From: Diplonema japonicum
Taxonomy: Eukaryota > Protista > Euglenozoa: Diplonemea
Length of the DNA: 64,000 nt
Direction of reading: 5' to 3'
Assembly: GCA_964019335.1 (NCBI GenBank)
Contig: OZ025710.1
Span: forward strand, 372,001-436,000
The notes beneath the pieces are model-generated. The model saw only the letters and a list, made by a program, of their open reading frames with translations, was not told where the DNA came from and searched no databases. The position numbers were made by a program, and so were the translations under genes. Every line of letters begins with the position of its first letter. The stretch's first letter is position 1. This document shows, piece after piece, positions 30,001 through 36,000 of this stretch.

Positions 30001-33000
30001 GGCGTCGGCGAAGACAGACGGGATGAGGGTTGCCTTCGTGCAGATCGGCTCGAGCGTGCAGCAGATGCTTGTGACGAGCCCGACGAACCCGTCGACGCCG
30101 TCCGCCGCCGGCCTGCTCTCGGGCAACGAGAACCAGCTCCTCGGAGACCTCGCCTTCCACTCGGCGAACATGCTGGGGGGGAGCAGCGCGAACGGCCGCT
30201 ACATGGAGAAGGCTGTGCAGCACGCGCAGTCCATCCTGTCGAGCCAGAGCCCCACGACGAGGAAGCAGGTGGTGCTGATGCTGACGAGCGGGAAGGTATC
30301 GGACGAGGACAAGCTGAAGCTTGCGATGGCGACCCTGGACCCCACGGTGCAGGTGTTCGGGGTGACCCTGCGCCGCCTCTCGACGAGGACGGTGGAGGAC
30401 AACGCGGCGGCGGACCAGTTGAAGACGCTGGTGTCGGTGACGCACGCGGAGCACTTCCTCGACCTGGAGATCGACGACCTGCACGAGAAGGTGCTGACCG
30501 CCCTGTGCGACAAGACCAAGACCTTCGGGAAGGCGATGCTGAAGGGGGAGGCGGCGTCGGCGGTGGGGGTGAACCGACCGTGCGCCACCTACTCGGTGGC
30601 AGGGGAGTGCAGGACGGACACCGGCTGCACGTGGTCGGAGTCCCTGCTCCAGTGCACGGTGCACCCGTGCAGGTCGCACGGGTGCGAGCAGGGAGCGTGC
30701 GCGTCGGACGCGAGGTGCGAGTGGTCGACGGCGGAAGGCACCTGCTTCAAGAACCCTCCGGTGTGCCCGGCCCAGACCACGCAGCCCAGCTGCGAGGCGA
30801 CGAACGAGTGCGTCTGGACGATGGTGGACGTGAACATCTACCGCTGCGTGGAGAAGCCGTGCGTGAGCCACACGGCGGAGGACAGCTGCATCACCGACCC
30901 GAACGTGTGCGAGTGGGACTCGAAGGCCTCGACGTGCACGAAGAAGGCGTGCACGTACGCGACGGAGCCGGAGTGCGCGGCGGCGCCGGAGCTGTGCGAG
31001 TGGTCCGTGGACCACTGCAAGAAGAAGAGGTGCACCGCTGCCGACCAGGCAACGTGCGTGCTGGACGACGCCTGCGAGTTCGACACCGTCTGCAAGTTCA
31101 AGAAGTGCAGGCAGCACGACGACGAGCAGACCTGCGACCACGACTACGAGTGCCACTGGGACGTGAGCGAGGCGCCGGCGAAGTGCGACGTGAAGGTGTG
31201 CCTGAGGTACAAGTCGGAAGGGGCGTGCGAGACGGACCCGCAGCTCCGCTGCAGCTGGGACGCGACGAACAGCAAGTGCGCGGACAAGGACTGCTCCAAG
31301 ATCACGACCCCGTGCCCCTGCAACAAGGACCTGGGCTGCTTCTGGGACACGACCTCCGGGGCGAGCGGGAACGGGGCGTGCGTGTCCGGCTCGTTCGGCG
31401 GGTGCCCCTTGATGGACGTGGTGGTGCTGGTGGACGGAACGACCTCGATGAGGAGCGCCTTCGGGCGCCACGGGAGCGGCTACCAGGCGGTGATGGAGTT
31501 CCTGAGGGACTGGGCGAAGACCCTGCCCTTGACCGGAGACTCCGGAAAGGTTGTCGGGTCTGCGAAGATCGGGAGCGGGGTGCGCGTGGGGGTGGTGCAG
31601 TTCGCTGCGAAGGGCCGCGCCACGAAGACCGGTCCCTCGGTGGGGAGCGGTGGCCACGTCACCGGGAAGCTCTCCGAGTTCTCGGCGGACCTGGACTACC
31701 AGGAGGCGAAGATGATCGACACCAACGAGGCGTACATCGCGGGGGCGCTGCAGCTGGCGCAGGCGATGTTCACGAGGCCTGAGAGGAAGAAGGTGCTGCT
31801 CGTGGTCTCGGACAGCATCATCTTGGACGCCGGGAGGGCGGAGGTGAACTCCGCTGTGAGCGAGCTGTTCGGGGCGGGGGTGAAGGTGTTCGGTGTGCTG
31901 CTGCGCCCCGCGGCGGCGTTCCCGTCGACAGCCGGGGACGCGAGGGACGCGATGCTGAACGTGCTGAGCGACGTGAGGGACGAGCATTTCCTGGACGCGC
32001 AGATGGAGGATCTGAAGACGATTCTGGACACCCTGTGCGACCCGTCGCAGCAGTTCGGGCGCCTGATCTCTTCGGCGGAGGGCGGCGGGGCGGGGGCCCT
32101 GAAGCCGAAGCAGCCTTGCCCGATGTACTTCGAGAAGAACGGCTGCAACAAGGACGCGGCGTGCAGGTGGAGCGCGTCGCTGCTGGTGTGCTCGGATTCG
32201 GCGTGCGTGCGCCACTGCGACGAGGACGTGTGCAAGGCGGACACGTCGAACCTGTGCGAGTGGGACGGGGCGATCTGCTACAAGAAGAGGATCTGCGACC
32301 ACCCGATGGACACCTGCTCGACGGACCCCGGCTGCGAGTGGAAGGCGGCGGAGTCGACGTGCGTGGAGAAGGAGTGCCAGCACCAGGCGGAGTCGGGTTG
32401 TTTGAGCGACCCCATTGGCTGCGTCTGGGACAGCAGGTCGGACCACTGCAACCCGCGCCCGTGCACCTACACGACGGAGGACTCGTGCAAGCTGGACAAG
32501 GCGTGCAAGTGGGACGCGGAGATCGCGGGGACGCAGGCGTGGGCCTCGTGCGTGGAGAAGCCGTGCACGACGACGAACCCGACCGAGTGCCTGAAGGACG
32601 ACAGGAGGTGCATGTGGGAGGCGAACACGTGCACCGTGAAGCCTTGCGTGCAGCACCCGGACGAGAAGACCTGCGACCACGACGAGGCGTGCCACTGGGA
32701 CGTGAAGGAGTCGCCGACGATCTGCAGCGAGAAGTACTGCAGGAAGATGAAGTCGGAGGGGCTGTGCAACGACGACTCGAAGTGCAAGTGGAGCAGCGCC
32801 GACAACCTCTGCAAGGAGGTGGTGTGCTCGGACCTCACGGAGCAGTGCGCGTGCAACGAGCAGGACATCTGCTCGTGGGACACAAAGAACTCGGTGTGCA
32901 AGACGGAGGACTTCGGGGGGTGCCCCTCGATGGACGTGGCGGTGGTGTTCGACGGGTCCGGGTCGATGAGCCAGTCCTTCGGGCGCCACCCGCACGGTTT

Positions 33001-36000
33001 CTACGCGATGGTGGAGTCCCTGAGGGACTGGTTCAAGACCCTGCCGCTGACGAAGGAGCCGGCGGGGACGGTCGGGACGCAGACCCCGACCCCCGGGGTC
33101 AGGGTCGGGCTGATCCAGTTCTCCGCGCCGAACAGCGCGCTCAAGACGCCGCCCGGGACGGGGACCGGCGGGCGCTTCTCGGGGGCCCTCGCGGAGCTGA
33201 GCGAGGACCTGGACTGGCACGAGACGAACTACGCGATGCAGCAGACCTACATCTCGGAGGCGCTGGAGTACGCCGGGCTGATGTTCCAGTCGTCGGCTGC
33301 CAGCGGGAGGGCGAAGATTCTGTTGATCCTGACGGACGGGAAGATCCACGACGCCTCGCAGCTCGGGGCCGCAAGGGCGGTCCTGGACGGACAGGGGGTG
33401 GAGACCTTCGGTGTGGTGCTGAGGAGGTTCGCGACCCACACGCAGACGGACATCGACGCGGAGCAGGTGCTCTCGACCATCGTGTCGGAGCCGAGGGAGG
33501 ACCACTACATGAACATTCCGCTGGACGACTTCTCGGAGAGCGTGCTGAAGGACTTCTGCAACCCGAACAGCAAGTTCGGGAAGATCATCCTGGCCTACCA
33601 GGGGGCGACGGGGGCCGGGCACGTGCCGTGCGGCTCGTACAGGGAGGCGGCGACCTGCTGGAAGGACGGGCTGTGCAGCTGGAGCGACGCCGACGTGGTG
33701 TGCCAGTGGAGCTCGTGCCACAAGCACTGCAACATGGACATCTGCGTGTCGAACAGCGACGAGCAGGGGAAGAAGTGTGCGTGGACCGCTGGCCAGTGCG
33801 AGAGGGTTGTCGAGTGCAAGGCGACCACCGAGAATGAGTGCAGGGCGCAGGAGTGCTACTGGGACACGATGGCGGTGCCCGTGTGCATCGGGATGCCGTG
33901 CACGGCGACGTCGGAGGACGGCTGCGTGGCGGACCCGCACGGGTGCGAGTGGGACGACGTGTCGGCTGTCTGCAAGATCAAGGAGTGCAACGACGAGACG
34001 CAGGCGCCGTGCGACGCGAAGGCGAACTGCAAGTGGGACGGGGAGATCGACCAGTGCGTGGAGAGGCCGTGCGTGCCGTACAAGGATCAGGCGGTCTGCG
34101 AGAAGCACTCGTTCGACTGCAAGTGGGAGGGCGGGGTTTGCACCGTGATCGACGGCTGCGTTCCCCACACGAACGAGAAGGAGTGCAACACGGACGCCAG
34201 CGGAGACTGCGAGTGGAAGACCGCGCACTCCCCCGCACACTGCGGGGTGAAGGCGTGCAGGAAGTACGGAACAGAGGGGGACTGCGAGGCGACGGACAAG
34301 GGGGCGCAGGACGGGTGCGCCTGGGACAGCGGGAAGATGAAGTGCGACGAGGGCGTGACGCTGTGCAAGGGGGAGACGGACCCGTGCCTGTGCGGGAAGA
34401 CGCCCGGCTGCACGTGGGACGCAAAGACCACGAAGTGCGAGGCGTCGATGTACGCGAACTGCCCCGCGGTGGACCTTGTGGTTGTGGTCGACGGGTCCCT
34501 CAGCATGGGCGAGCGCTTCGGGCGCCACCCGCACGGCTTCTTCGCGGTGACGGAGATGGTGCTGGACGCTTCGAAGGCGCTGCCCCTGACGGGCGAGGCC
34601 GCCGGTGTGGCCAGCGACGCGTCCCTCTCCTCGGGCTTCCGTGTCGGGGTGGTGCAGTTCTCTGCGCAGGGCGAGGCGATGAAGGCGCCCAAGGGGACCG
34701 GGACGGAGGGGAGGCTGTCCGGGGTGCTCGCCGAGATCGACACCGACGTGCACTGGCACGAGGGAGAGTTCACCTCGCACGCGACGGACGCCTCGTACCT
34801 CACGCAGGCGATGGAGATGGCGGCGAAGATGTTCGAGAGCTCGCCCGCGGACAGGAAGAAGGTGCTGATCGTGGTTGCGGACGGCGAGATCCCCGACGCG
34901 GAGGCGCCGTCGATGGTGACCGTGTCCGGGTTCCTGGAGCAGCAGAGGGTGCAGGTGTTCTCGGTGCACGTGAGGAAGTACAGCGTGTCGAGCCCGCAGG
35001 ACGAGGCGGACCGCGCGAAGATGGAGGCCTTTGCGACGAGCCCGTCGAGCAGCCACACGGTGGACGTGACGATGGCGGAGCTGGAGGGGGTGTTCGAGAA
35101 CCTCTGCAACGAGAACAGCACCTTCGGGTACTTCCTGTCGAAGCACGGGGAGTCTGTGCACAAGAGCAGCTGCTCGGAGTGGGCGATGCCCGCGGGCTGC
35201 GAGACGGACAGCATGTGCATGTGGAGCATGGTGAAGGAGTCGTGCGCGGCGAGCCCGTGCAGGCAGCACTGCGCCCAGGCGGCGTGCGAGGCAGACATTC
35301 CGAACATGTGCGGCTGGGACGGGGCGTCGTGCTCGAGGAAGGTGTGCACGTACCCGCAGGAGAACACCTGTAACGCGGTGCAGGGGTGCAGGTGGTCGAC
35401 CGGGGTGACCGGGGTGGAGGAGTGCAAGCCCGAGGTGGGGTGCCCCGCGAAGTATGCGAAGGACCTGTGCGTGACGGACGGGAACTGCAAGTGGGACGCG
35501 AGCGACAACGAGTGCAAGGAGAGGCACGGCTGCGTGGTGTACACCTCCCTCCCGGAGTGCAACGCCGACGGGGAGTGCGCGTGGAACACGGCGACCTCGC
35601 AGTGCGAGGACAAGACCGGGTGCGCGGTGCACATCGAGGAGAAGACGTGCACGCCCGACCTGGACTGTCTGTGGGACACGGCGAAGGCCGTGTGCGTGGA
35701 GAAGAACTGCGCGTACTACAAGGACTTGACGGCGTGCGAGGCCCCCGAGGTGGGCGGGGCCTGCAAGTGGAACACCACGGACGGGAAGTGCGTGGAGGTG
35801 GAGGGGTGCGCCTCGCACAACGCGGACCCGGCCTCGGCGCGGGCGAGCTGCAACGACGACATCCTGTGCAAGTGGACGGCCGCCGACGAGTGCGTGGACA
35901 AGACCGGGTGCTCGAGGTACACCACGGAGGTGGTGTGCGACAGGAACGAGGACGAGAGCGGGGTGCAGTGCGCGTGGAACGGGACGACGTGCGAGCAGGC

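Larger units (their letters stand above)
15053..35130 (+). repeat. vWA + Cys/Trp-module array, units 6-18 (period about 1.5-1.6 kb)
   Basis: vWA domains start at about 15053, 16625, 18998, 20585, 22103, 23651, 25211, 26756, 28328, 29846, 31403, 32921 and 34460. Confidence 0.9.
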
